In this document: positions 46,433 to 59,450 of the stretch, piece after piece
How the letters are laid out: each line of letters begins with the position of its first letter
Numbering within the stretch: position 1 is the stretch's first letter
Origin: Tubiluchus corallicola
Taxonomy: Eukaryota; Animalia; Priapulida
NCBI GenBank assembly: GCA_030141605.1
Contig: JAQGDQ010000459.1
Coordinates: forward strand, 90,809 to 154,808
Reading direction: 5' to 3'
DNA: 64,000 nucleotides
Notes under the pieces: generated by a model
The model's database searches: none
What the model saw: only the letters and a program-made list of their open reading frames with translations
What the model was told of the DNA's origin: nothing
Made by a program: the position numbers and the translations under genes

Positions 46433-47271
46433 TTAAACATCCGAAAATTCTTGGCAATTTAATATAATTACCTCCGCAGAAGTATAAGTTATATACATCG
46501 GTATGTCCTCACAGTAAGCGATATGAGCGCAGCTTAATCTGCTAGGCACAGCTGATGCCACGTTATCCTAAGACACCACAAGCACTAAGCAAAGCAGCGC
46601 GTATATATAAGGAGAAGGCAAAGCTCTGCATTACTTCTTCTTACTTCTTCTTAGCTTTTTGGACGCCGCTTTCTTTACTTGAGCAAGCGGCTTGGAAAAT
46701 AGAATAAAACCTTATTTGTTTATTTAATATTTATGTAATTATTATTTAGTAAAACCTACAGTTTCATTTAATATTTCAATTGTTGTACCTAACTTTAGGT
46801 TAAAGAATTTGATTGGAGGTAATGGACTACGTTCAAGTGTACTGTATAAAATCATCCAATGAATCACACGTCCAGGGACATGATTCTGCTCACCTCCCTA
46901 TGCCAGGACTCTCTGCTTGCCGCAAAGCCCCAAGTGGATTTATTTCTAAGGATCATTGCTAAAGTGTTTAAATCCTTCTGTGCAAAATCTAAATATTTGA
47001 CCTCCTGCAGGTTTTTTAGCTGGTTCTATCTGTTGTTGGAAAGCTATCTTCACTGTTCTTAAACAGGCTGTTGCAGTGGGTGGACGTATTTTTTCAGCTC
47101 CGCAATTTAAGTGAAATTTAAACGCGTAAAAGTTCGTGAGCTTGACGAAACAAATAGCAGCTAGACAACGACGCAAGAGTAATTTGTAATCGCTGTATTG
47201 TGCAAAACTTGAACCTTTTAAGGCAGTGCAGGTTAGTAGGCCTGCTGTGTGATAACTTGCATTGTAACTTA

Positions 47272-47779
47272 GTTGTTGTAGTTGTTGGCATCCTTCTGTC
47301 TCGGAAGACAATGGAATGTGCGCCAAGAGAGTCCGATCCTTGAACGTCTCCAGGGCACACGCATGGGCAAGGTGTATGGAGATCCTGAGTTGCCCAGACC
47401 GCAGGAACCCCCTCTCTTCCTCTCTGGTGTAGTCCAAAGGAAAGCGGAGCGATACGTTTGGCACCAGGTTGACTGTAGGAGCTGCCGGTGTCAGTGAGCA
47501 TGCTGTACTGGTCCGCCTTCGGGGCTCCACTCCTGATTTGGAAGGTTTACTCCTCTACACATGGCCGTTGGGTCACTTGACCTCCTCCGCCCTCTAGCCG
47601 TTGGCTGTTTGGACAGGTCCTCCGCCTAGTGTCGAGATACAGTGTGGGCATCCCGCAAGCCTATAGCAGCACCTGGTATTCCTAGGCGGTCACCCATCCA
47701 AGCACTAACCAGGCTCTACGTTGCTTGACTTCGGTGAACAGACGAGAACCGGTGTTTTCAACGTGATTTGGCCTTAGGC
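47272..47779 (-). mobile_element. 5S rRNA-headed SINE (SINE3) with RTE-like body and tail
   Basis: 5S head 47657-47779, GC-rich structured body, 3' end CCATTGTCTTCCGAGACAGAAGGATGC followed by (CAA)n. TSD ATTGTAACTTA (47261-47271) and ATTGTGACTTA (47780-47790). Confidence 0.85.
47657..47779 (-). rRNA. Full-length 5S rRNA-derived sequence (SINE head, probably not a functional 5S gene)
   Basis: Reverse complement GCCTAAGGCCAAATCACGTTGAAAACACCGGTTCTCGTC...GGATGGGTGACCGCCTAGGAATACCAGGTGCTGCTATAGGCTT. A and C boxes present; no oligo-T terminator follows. Confidence 0.85.
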
Positions 47780-48744
47780 ATTGTGACTTAACAAACCTGC
47801 AAATATGTCAGGCAGGAAATCTTGTCAATCATGTAAGAAAATTCAAAATCCTGTCAGTCTGCGGGAAAATGGTGATATACTATGCGACCGTTGTGCAAGC
47901 CAGATAGAAAACTCCAGTATTACCTCTGTAATGTGGAGGAATCTAAACAACTGTATTGACTCATTAAGTAAAGAAATACAATCGATGAGGGCTGAACTAA
48001 AGGAACTAATAATACTGATCTGTCAACTAATCTTACAGAATTAAAAACTGAGATTATACAATTTAACGATGAAACACTAAGCATGCAACCAGACGAAGTC
48101 ATTGATAAACTGAATGATATAGTAAATGCTCTGGACAAGAAAATGAACAATCTCAAGCCAACATACAGTGCAACGGTAGGCTTAAGTGCTGGTTTAGCAA
48201 ACAACACAATAGTAAAGAGCAATCATGTAGACAGCACGAAAATGCCATACGATCCTAATAATCGCAATAATACACTGCAATAATCGATAACGTTAGAGAT
48301 CCAGACATAGCTACTAACAGTACCAGTATAAAGAAAAATGCGTGTGAACACTTCCCTCGCACTAAGTTTGATTCAGCCTTTAGAACTGCGAAAGGCAAGA
48401 TTCAAATACAGCTTTGCGGTACCGAGACAGCAGATACAATAATAAGGAACTGGAAACCCTTCTATCTCGGGACAAACACTAACGCGAGATACCCAGTAAA
48501 ACAATAGCTGGGATTGTTAAGAGACTGTGACACTTCGCTAAGTGATGATGAATTACTGACCGATGTTAAACACAGTAGCTGAAATTGAAAGGTTTAAAAG
48601 GAAAAGTGGTAAAGTACTTCCTGTAGTAAAGGTTAAGTTTGCATCGGAAGTAGACCTCTAGACAATGCTGTGAAAAATCGTATACCAATAGGAAACATCA
48701 TCTGTGGCGTCGAAGTGTTCAACGCTAAACAAAGTACTCTATGA

Positions 48745-49185
48745 TAGGGGTGAGCATCGAACGTTCGAGTTCGAACATTCGAATCGAATTCGAACGCTCG
48801 AATTCGATTCGAACGAGATTTTTTAGTTCGAACTCGATTCGAATCCAAAACTATAGATTCGAATAATTCAGCACTTCAATCACATATGTTCCTGATCACT
48901 AAAACGATTGAAATGTCATGCAATTAACATAATTTAGTTGTGATTTCTGTGCACAACTTTAAACAAATTACTAGTCGTTTTAATGCGGAACAAAATCTAG
49001 TGATATGCATGATCTTTGTAAGACGAATTTTTACTGGTGGTTCGAAAACTAGTTCGAAAATCGTTCAATCTCAATTCGAATTCGGTTCGAATTCGAAACA
49101 CTGAAGTTCAATTCGATTCGAATTCGAAAGTCACAAATTCGGTTCGATTCGAATTCGCTTTCTGGTAGAGAATGCTCACCTGGTA
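48745..49185. mobile_element. TTCGAA-rich hAT MITE inserted in LINE ORF1
   Basis: Inverted copy of 20316-20756, flanked by GTACTCTATGA and GTACTCTACGA. Removing it restores the frame VEVFNAKQSTLRCYTCQKF. Confidence 0.88.
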
Positions 49186-51730
49186 GTACTCTACGATGCT
49201 ATACCTGTCAGAAATTTCGACACGTATCCCAGTGGTGTGACCAACCTGTTAAATGCGGGAAATGTGCAGGAAATCATGGAACCGCTAGTTGCAATTCAGA
49301 TAAAAAACATTGTGCTTTCTGCAAAAAATCACAAGAAGCCTGGAGCCGGGAATGTAAGTCATATTTAGACGACGTTGAACGGCTTAAACAAAAATAACTT
49401 AGGATGAAATGTGAAAAATGTGACAGGTGTAAAAAGCAAACTTGTTTAAATGGCAAAAAAAACTCATTTACTGCCTCTGCTTCAATAGCTACCATTAAAA
49501 TTGCACACGTATCTATATCTCAGATTATAATACAGTGAAAAATGAAAACTGGACGTGTCATGTGTGTGTAATGACGAATTGTTTGCTTTTAATCATTTAG
49601 ATAATGATAAAGATTGTTTAATCGCGAATAATAGAGACTCGTACTTTATTAATATTGAAAATCTCAATGAATTAGTATTTCCGCTTGTTGAAACGGAAGA
49701 ATCTTTAAAACATAAACTAACTGAAGTAGATGCTGACAGTAACTGTTATAACAGTGCGTCATTAAACTGTCCTTACTATAATGACGATGCTCTTTCGGGT
49801 CTCAAAGTAAATAGTCCCTACCACTTATCACTGTTGCATTTAAATATAAGAAGTACTCAAGCAAATTTAAACGAATTCTTATGTTACAAGCATTAATCGT
49901 GAATTTGACGTATATGGCTTTTCTGAGACTTGGCTAACAAAAGAAAATTCTATGCTTTACGAAATTCCAGGCTATAATCACGTTAGTCAAACTAGAGATA
50001 CTAGGCAGCGTGGTGGTGGGGTACCTATTTACGTAAAGGACCACCTAGATTTTGATATTAGAAATGATTTAAATTGCAACGAGCCAATATGTCAGATAAT
50101 GTTTGTCGAAATTAAAAGTCAGACTATGAGTCGTAAAATGTGCTAGTGGGATTATATACAGGCCTCCTGGTTATGGTGTAAATATAGAAAATTTTAATGA
50201 AAAGCTAAACTGTATTTTAGAAGTAATAAGACATGAGAGTAAAAAGTGTTTCGTTCTAGGAGACTTCAACTTAGATTTATTAAAATTTAATGAACATTCT
50301 CCAACACATGAATTTTTGGAAACTCTATATTCTTATGGGCACTTCCCTTTGATAAACAAACCAACTCGAGTTACTAGCCCCACTGCAACTCTAATTGATA
50401 ATATTATCACGAATGACTTTAGCTGTCTTAGTATAGAGCAAAGTAATAATGGGATCATATGTACGATTATCTTTGATCGTTTCCCTGTATTCTGTATTGC
50501 AGATGTAGGCGGCAAACAAACAAAAGAAACCTACAGACGCGTTTTTATTAAAGTAAATAAAGATAAATTTGAAGGAATGTTACAACTTATTGCGCGGAAC
50601 GATGTTTGCATTGTTCTGTTCTTTTCCGTTGCAGTACCAATGTAGCAATGGCCCTTGATTATGAACAGCATAAAATTGTATGATCAGATTTAGAGCAAAC
50701 ATTTTAGCTATTTATAAATTTGTTAAAATTTACAAACAATTTAACTTATATAATAGCAATTTAGATTATTGTACCAGTTCTTCCATGCTAGGAAACGATT
50801 AATCTTGATCATGGGTTATCGTTCTGGAAGATTTGGTTTTGCTGTGTAGAGGTTGACGAATTCCAAACTTTTGTGATATCATTTAGTTTAGTTTTGAAGT
50901 AGTTTTACGGTAGTTTATGGCGATAAAACATCACTTTCGTAGTAAACCATTAAAAACCATCGTGGTGATAGCTTACATTGGTTTTCTTTCTAGTGAACGT
51001 TTATAGAACTTACAGTTTGAATTCTTTTATAATGTTGTTTATGTGATTTCCAAGAGAATTTGTCAGAGTTGTGGTAAGGTGCTGCCGCTTAGCGGCCAAA
51101 TCCGTTACTTTTGCCGTTTTACCGTCTAGATCCAAGTGACTTTGTAAAACGTACTGCACAATACTCATTAAAACTTCGTGATTCTTTTACGATTTTTATA
51201 GTTTTACCACAAATTATGCTGTTGCTGTTTACGGTGGTTTATCGAAAGTGATTTACGAATTATGGTGGGGGTAATTTTTTACCAATTTTTTACCCCCGGT
51301 TACCAAAATCGGTTGTAAAAAATCATGCCCCTGCAAGGGTTAAGCAAAACGTACATTTTCATATTAAAACCCAGCTATAGATAAACAAATAAGCACCTAG
51401 CATTTAAAAAATACGAAAAGCACTGATCTAGACACAGTTAACTTATAAATAGTTGACAAGAATTCTACGCACACTAACACATTACATTACATTACACTAT
51501 ATGAGAATCTTATTTGCGCGTGTTAGTTAGGCAACATGTGACCCGGCCACAGTTCTATACAAAAATTACAATTACACTGTTAAAATTACACAAACTGTCA
51601 GACCAGTGGTAATCTGATACTAACAATAACAGTGAAAGAACTGTACTAGCTTTGCTAGACGCTGTAACATCTAAAAATGATTTATGACTGATCAATAATG
51701 CAATTTCACACGAATCAAGTCTTAAACAAC

Positions 51731-51923
51731 TTCTTAAACAATCCATTATATAATGAATTTTATTAGATTTTTATTAGGAAAATCCAACGTTTCCACTGCA
51801 AACTAGCAGTCAACATCAGGTGTATTTGTTCCCTGAAGATGACCACTGGTTTGCAGTAGAAATGTTGGAATTTTATAATAAAAACAAAATAAAAAATTTA
51901 TTATATAGTGGATTGTTTAAGAA
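51731..51923. repeat. Inverted repeat (arms about 90 bp, loop about 11 nt) made of hammerhead-like Penelope pLTR halves
   Basis: TTCTTAAACAATCCATTATAT...CCAACGTTTCCACTGCAAACTAGCAGTCAACATCAGG pairs with CCTGAAGATGACCACTGGTTTGCAGTAGAAATGTTGG...ATATAGTGGATTGTTTAAGAA. Confidence 0.8.
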
Positions 51924-51994
51924 AACGGATATTGGTCAAGTTATAAAGAATTTAAAAATGTTTTGTTTCCATTGTTTATATTCGTTTCTGGCAA

Positions 51995-53761
51995 TCACTC
52001 TTGGCCCACCATTGTCTTCTTTATCTCGGCGGCAGCCTTCTCTGCTACCATGACAACAACAGCATGTGTACCTGCGGATACGGTTGCCGGGGCAACTGAT
52101 GCATCTACTACACGTATGCCATCTAGGCCCAGGATCCTGTAACAAAGGTTTTTTCCTTCAATATCAGTGCAATTTTCTGGTGCATTGATTAATTAACTTA
52201 AATTGGCTGGATGGCTGGTTATTTGAATGACTTATTTACTTGCTGACTGATTGTTTCACCAAGTGAGTGATTGAATAAGTTGTTGACATACTAATTAACT
52301 GACTGTCTGACTAGCTGTTTGGTGAATATTCGATAACAGATGGGTGCATGAATGACAGACTGACATACCGACTGACTGACTGACTGAGTGACAGACTGAC
52401 ATACCGACCGACTGACTGGCTGACTGACTGACTGACTGACTGACTAATTACTTCTGAGTGACTCACCAGCTGACTGACTGACTAACTACAAGTCAGCCCG
52501 ACTAAATGATTGGTTTACTGTTGGACAACCCAATATACGTATGTAATACATTTTAACCATTCGTTCTGTTCTAGCTGTAGAAACATTGGAGTCACAAACA
52601 ATTCTCACCTTAATTCAGAATCCACCACAGCATTTGGGTCGCTGCTAGATCCCATCCTGCAAGTACCAGTTAAATGGTACATGATGTTGGGCAGGTGGGT
52701 TGCGAGGCAAAGAAGATATTTTTGCCTTTCAGATGAGGGGTCACAGTTTCCAAGATGCACTTCTTTCATGGTAGCACCAATTTCTCTAAAATACTTGGTA
52801 CCAGTCAACTCTTCTGCTAACTTCATTCCTGGAAAATGTTGTGGTTCACTTTAGAGAGAGAAAGTATTACAGTTTAGGTTCAACAGAGCTTAAAGCAACA
52901 CTGAACCTAATCTTAAACTGTACATTAAAACAATCTACTCTTTAAAATTTTGAAATGAAACATGCTGTTTTTTAAAAATGACTTACGTGAAAGAGTTATT
53001 ACCACACAAACGCAATTTCACGTTCGCGTCAATAGTTCTTTGCTGTTACATGCATTTCGCCATTTGCTAGTTGGACGGGCGCTAGCGCCTGCATGTCAGA
53101 AATACATTGTAGAAAAAACAGGTGCTGTACCTCTTAGTAACAGACGTGTTAGTTCGTGATGAACTACGAACGATATACAACTCCTGCGTGAGCACAGCGA
53201 TAAATTTGAAAATCGAATTTTTATCTTAAAACTTGCCTAGTTTTAGTGCAACACACTGAAGCATTGTACCAGTAGCATTGTACTTCAATTTTCTCTTTCG
53301 CAAACACGTGCAACACGCTCCTAAAGTGCTCGTGATGTTGAAAATTATGTTAGTTTGTGATGTCATCACATTACTTAGCATTATGCTTGCCTGTTTGAAA
53401 AACTCATGTAATTGGAAAAGAAAATTCTTAGTAATTTAAAATAAATGCGCCACCTGGTAAGACGTCTCTGCATCGCCATCCCAGTGTGCACCACTGATTC
53501 ACCGAAAAAAAATCACATTATTGATCTTATTGTCAAGATAAATTAACCTAAGCTTTTGCTTAGTTATCATCATGATCATCATCATCATCATCATTATCAG
53601 CATTATTTACTTCATCATCGTCATCGTCATCATTATCACTGCATCGCCATCCCAGTGTGCACCACTGTTTCACTGAAAAAACACATTATTGATCTTATTG
53701 ACAAGATTAATTAATCTAAGCTTTTGCATAGTTATCATCACGATCATCATGATCATCATCC

Positions 53762-53795
<34 letters not shown>

Positions 53796-54953
53796 TGTCA
53801 TTGTCATCAATATTTACTTCATCATCGTTATCGTCGTCATCATTATCATGGTTATCATCATCATCATTATCATGGTTATCATGATTATCATCATCATCAT
53901 CACTGCATCGCCATCCCAGTGTGCACCACTGATTCACCGAAAAACAACAACACATTATTGACCTTATTGACAATACAAATTAATCTAAACTTTTGCTTAG
54001 TTAGTGAGGATTATACTACAAAGGCTGTGAATATTTTCAAATTGTACTCAATGTTACGTAAATGTGCTTCAAAACATTTACTATAGCGGCCCCAGCTATC
54101 ACCTTGCAGAACGAGGAAGAGGCCAAAAACGGATTTCAAAATATTTGCTTTTTTCGAATTCATTTTGAGAAGAAAGCTGAAAGTTAGTCTTTGTACTTTA
54201 ATTTGAAAAGTTTTACCTTCGATTAGAATTTGTGCATCACTTGCCACCTGCAAATCCTGCAGATCAACAACAGGTGGATCAAAAGGGTCATTAGAATTGA
54301 GGCGTACCTGTCCAGTTGATCTAGGGTGCAGCAGTACTGGTACCCAGGTGAGAGAGTGTTGCAAGTTCTTCAACATAAAAAATAGCCTTATTTCATTGTT
54401 TTACTTTTACTAAACACAGCCAAGGCTTTGTTTCATTGTAGGCAATAGTGGAAATCGTTGCCCATTTTATTTTACAGAATGTTTATCAGATCAATTGCAG
54501 TTTATTTAGTTTTTACCTGTTGTCTCAGAATTCTGTATTTTTTAGTTACTTCATTTAATCAACATTTATTTCTTTATTACCTGGTCTTGTTCGTCAGGTG
54601 AAATGCTCGTCAGAATCAGCAGCACATCAGAGTGATGATCAACTGCAGCATCTTTCCTACCCATATTGAAGATTCCCACTCCTGCCAGATGATTTGACGC
54701 TACAGGACCTGCATAATTGGCCAACAGAAACTCGATACTTTTCTGTTACGAAGTTTATTGTCTAATAGTTATCATGTATAGTTGTCACTCTCGTTATGGA
54801 AATCGTCATCGTCATCGCCATCGTCTTTGTTATCATCACCGTCATTGTCATCGTCATCATCAACATCATCATCATCATTATCATCATCATCATCATCTTT
54901 GTAATCATTATTTACATATTTACATACTTTATAATCATCATCGTCATCATTGC

Positions 54954-54984
<31 letters not shown>

Positions 54985-57900
54985 TTCACCATCATCATCA
55001 TCGCCATCACAATTGTCATTATCATTATCACTGCCATTATTACTATCAATGCACAGTTATACCCGAACGAAACCATCTCCACTGGAGTTTATTAAGCCTA
55101 TTGAATGTATCATTTCTTGTCAGACTGTAAGGCTTGTCAATTGTGTACGTTGGATAAGGTACGCCCACGTGATTCTGAAGATATTGCCCCACTGGTAGGT
55201 CAGCGACAACTGGTATCTGAAATTGAAACCACTGTGTAGCATTGAAACTTTAAAATGCCTGCTTGATAACTGCAGATTAACTGCCATAAATTATTTGTGA
55301 ACTACTGCTTCTTATGTTTCACCAATGACATCTAAAGACAAGGGAATGCTTTGTTATAAATCTAGTTTTTCCCAGAGCCTCTTATCTGCGGAATTGTTGC
55401 AATAGCTTGGCAATTTTTTGCTGAAATAAAAGGTAAATTGAATTAAATCGTATCAGTACGTCACTCGTTTCCTTTTGGTACCACTTTTAAATGCCAGGTG
55501 GCGCCAGAAGATAAGACATTATTTTTATACAAATGGCAATGGCCTATTAAAGAGGGTTACCGGTAAATTAAAAAGAGAAGAACGTTGAGACATATCCAAA
55601 AACTAGGAGGTTAAAGTTTTCTGGTATAAAATTCCACAGACAAGCAGTCCGTAGGAAAAATCTTGATAGGTTTACCACGTCCACGTTTCAGCTCAGGTTT
55701 GCCTGTTCATACAGTAAAAATCTTCGACCTTTACATCCTTACATTGAATTCATGGAGCTGTTGGGCTGGTCCAACCCCAGAGAGGAGCAGCAGGTGGGGT
55801 GTTTCGATGACACCAGCACTGAGGATAACCTCTCTCTGGATTACCACTCTCTTTCTGGTGGCTTCGTGGATGATTTGAACTGAAGTTGCCCTTTTTTGTT
55901 CAAACTCCACCTGACAGTAAAAAGACAAGGTTTACATGGTTAATGAACAATCAAATGGGCTATTCAATGATCGCCCAGGCTACGAGTTGAACCTACTGAG
56001 GTTTAGATTGGCTTTGTGCGCGACATGCGCTAAATACAAGTTCAACAGTCTTTGAGATATAATTTATGATTTTTTTATTGTCCAAAATGGGCAATCATCG
56101 TCTCATCCCCAAATCACTATCACATCATGACATATTTGACTGACTGACTGACTGACTGACTAACTGACTGACTGACTGACTGACTGACTGACTGACTGAC
56201 TGACTGACTGACTGACTGACTGACTGACTGACATATTATGTGCGACTCCACTTCGTTTTACCTGAAGCAAATAAAAACATTTTCTGCTAATCCAATGTCA
56301 AAAGGATAATTAACTGCTATAATGAAAATGTGTAATAATATCATGAAATATGAAGAAATCAAACTTACATTTGTGCCGCATCTTACTAACTTGCTAAAGA
56401 GAACTCGACTGAAAAAAATTTATTATAAAACGTCACGACGTACTGAACAAGAATGACTTCTTTCCTATCCGGTCTGCAAAATGAGGCCAAGGACTTATTT
56501 CCTGTCCTAGCTCACCTGTCTATCAACAGCCTAAATTTGCAAAAAACAAACACAAGGAGGCACCACGTGTTTATATCCAAAACAGACTTTATGACGCATT
56601 GCTGCTTTAGCCAGACTTTAGTCAGTGAATCACTGCTATGAAGACTCTTGAAGTGAACTTGCCTTTATCGCACGAGCATTGGTTATAACGTGAAGATTAG
56701 GACGATCAATCAACGGTTTTAGGTAAGCCGTTGCCGTGCTTTGCCGTTCTCCACGAAAAACGTTCGATTGCACTCTCATTACCCCTGAAAAGGGGAAGAA
56801 AAGGAAATGTTAAATTATGTCCCAACTTTTGGAAGAAAATGATGTGTTAAATTATGTCCCAAAAAACTTAACAAACAAAGTTATGTTACTTAGCTTTGCA
56901 CTTACCTGCTTAACAGACTTATGTAGTCATTCAGAAAATTTTCCTGGTAGCTAAACTTTGAATTATTGGACTTACCATAGTGGCTTTTGCCGTTCAGATA
57001 AATTTCCTAGTAGCTAAACTTTGAATTATTGGGTTTACAATAGTGGCTTTTGCCATTCAGATCAGCTTACTGGTAGCCTAACTTTGAATTATTGGGCTTA
57101 CCATAGTGGCTTTTGCCATTTAAATCAGCTTCCTGATAGCCCAACTCTTTTCCACTTTTAATGAACGTAGTTCCTATTGGTTCTGCTGTTGTCTCGGTAA
57201 TTGGGATTGGTCCATCTTTCCCGCGATAATCTGTTGAAGAGAGTTAAACAATTTACATGCTTTGTGCACACAGTAAAAGGTACCCATAAAATTCCATGAC
57301 TTTATACTATGATTACCTACTTGAGAAAGTTATTACATTGGAAAGTACAATTATTAATAATTTAAAATGGTGGTAGATGCTAAAAAGTACCTGTTCAGCA
57401 ATCCCAGTGTGCACCACTGATTCACCAAAAAGCATGGCTTCATTTATCCTATTGAGAACTGTATGTGTGCTACGAATGCTCTGATTATTTTATCAAACTT
57501 TACTCAGCATTATCTAAACTTGTTTCAAATGATTTACTGTTAAAATGGCTGCGTCTAACGATGTTTGCGGGAGTTTACATTTTCGAGTTTTATACAGCGT
57601 TACTGCTAATGCAAGCTCTGCGTGTAATAAGACCTCAAAATGTAAGTGATGCAAAATTTCAAGGCTAACATTTAGCATTATGTAAGAATGGTAGTATAGC
57701 GATTTGTTGGCTAGCTTTCTTGGTTTTTTGATCTCTTAATTGTAAGGTCTTAACAATGTCTTAACAGGCTTCTTGAGCCAACTCACCTGATGTCTGAAGA
57801 CGCTGAACCTGGACGTTTTCAGACATTTTGAAATATGGCAGAACTTCTTCATAAGACCAGCCCATAGCGCCCAGCGCCTTCCAGTGGTCATAATCAGCCT

Positions 57901-58247
57901 TGTTTCCCCTCAAATACATCATGGCGTTGGTGCTACTAGAACCGCCTAGCGTCTTCCCTAATGGTAAATTATTCCTCTGGAAAAATCACAGAAGTTTCTT
58001 ATAAAACTTCATCCTTCTGTCAATAGATGTCACTACCTAATGCCTGATATGAAATTTTCGTCACCGTTCACACCGTTTGCTTATATTTATTGAAGTAAAA
58101 GAAGAAGGTGTACTTTCGATAACTATTAAACGAAACTACTACATGTATTATCACTTTTATCATTAGAGACTTAGGCATATAAACCCCCTCTCTTTCTTTC
58201 CTTTCTCTCTTTCGCTCTATGTCTGTCTGTCTTTTCCTGCATCTTGC

Positions 58248-58304
<57 letters not shown>

Positions 58305-58368
58305 CTCTCCCACCCCTCTCTCTCTCTCATTCTCTCCCTTTCTCACTCCCTCTCTACTCTCCTCTCCT

Positions 58369-58415
<47 letters not shown>

Positions 58416-59181
58416 TCTCTCTCTCTCTCTCATCTCTCTCCCCCCTCTCTCTCTCTCTCACTTCTCTCTCTCTCATCTCTCTCTCTCTCTCGCTCTGTCT
58501 CTCTCTCTCTGTTCAATCTTATCACGTGAAGATGAAAGTCTTATACTTAATGCCTTAAACTTGTACTGCATTTACCATTAGCTTGATTTACAGTTTATCT
58601 TGTCAAAATGTTGGAGCCATGATGAAATACGAATAAGTTTACACGTCGCCAATTTTGTTCAAATCTAAAAACTGCATGAGTTCTACTGTACTGTACCTTA
58701 TTCTGACAAGCCAAACAGGAGCGCTTCTGGGGTGCTGAAAAGTAGTTCCAGTGTTTTCCAAGCGAATGAAGCCACATAAATTCTGCTGGAGAGACAATTC
58801 TTGGTTCGTCTGTATCGTCTCCTCCTGCTTCTATCAAAGCTACAGTCACATTGGCAACTTCAGACAATCTGCGAGCAAGAACGCATCCTGCTGTACCTCC
58901 ACCAACTTGAAAAATAGAAAAAAATTCAAACACAAACTATTGCTTCTCTCTTTCTCTCTGTCTCTCTCGTCTCTGTTTGTGTCTCTGTCTCTCTCTGTAC
59001 TATATATATATATATATCCGTCTGTCCGATTGCTCGCTCGTCCACCCACCCAATCCATCCATCCGTCCGTCCATCCATCCGTCGGTCGGTCCGTCCGTCC
59101 GTCCACCCCTCCCTCCCTCCCTCCCTCCCCCTCTCTCTCCCCCTCTCTCTCCCCCCTCTCTCTCCCCCCTCTCTCTCCCCC

Positions 59182-59231
<50 letters not shown>

Positions 59232-59417
59232 GTCTCTCTCGTCTCTGTTTGTGTCTCTGTCTCTCTCTGTACTATATATATTTATATCCGTCTGTCCGAT
59301 TGCTCGCTCATCCACCCACCCAATCCATCCATCCATCCGTCCATCCATCCATCCATCCATCCATCCATCCATCCATCCATCCATCCATCCATCCATCCAT
59401 CCATCCATCCATCTTCT

Positions 59418-59450
<33 letters not shown>

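Larger units (their letters stand above)
47120..50610 (+). mobile_element. CR1/L2-group LINE 5' half (ORF1 and ORF2 endonuclease), decayed and 3'-deleted
   Basis: ORF1 from 47805: CQSC..CDRC zinc finger, coiled coil, knuckles CYTCQKFRHVSQWC and CGKCAGNHGTASC. EN motifs LHLNIRS, FSETWL, RGGGVPIYVK, YRPPG, GDFNLDLL, PTRVT..ATLIDNI. No RT follows. The 5' boundary is approximate. Confidence 0.85.

Noticed and set aside
46504-46760. Solo LTR candidate (TG...CA with TATATAA and AATAAA)
   Set aside because: No TSD, second copy, PBS or PPT seen.
46946-47530. ORFs of 194 and 127 aa
   Set aside because: They span the GC-rich SINE body and its TSD junction and show no protein motifs.
47657-47779. Functional 5S rRNA gene
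   Set aside because: Single copy with substitutions, a small 3' insertion and no T-run terminator, enclosed with body and tail by a TSD.
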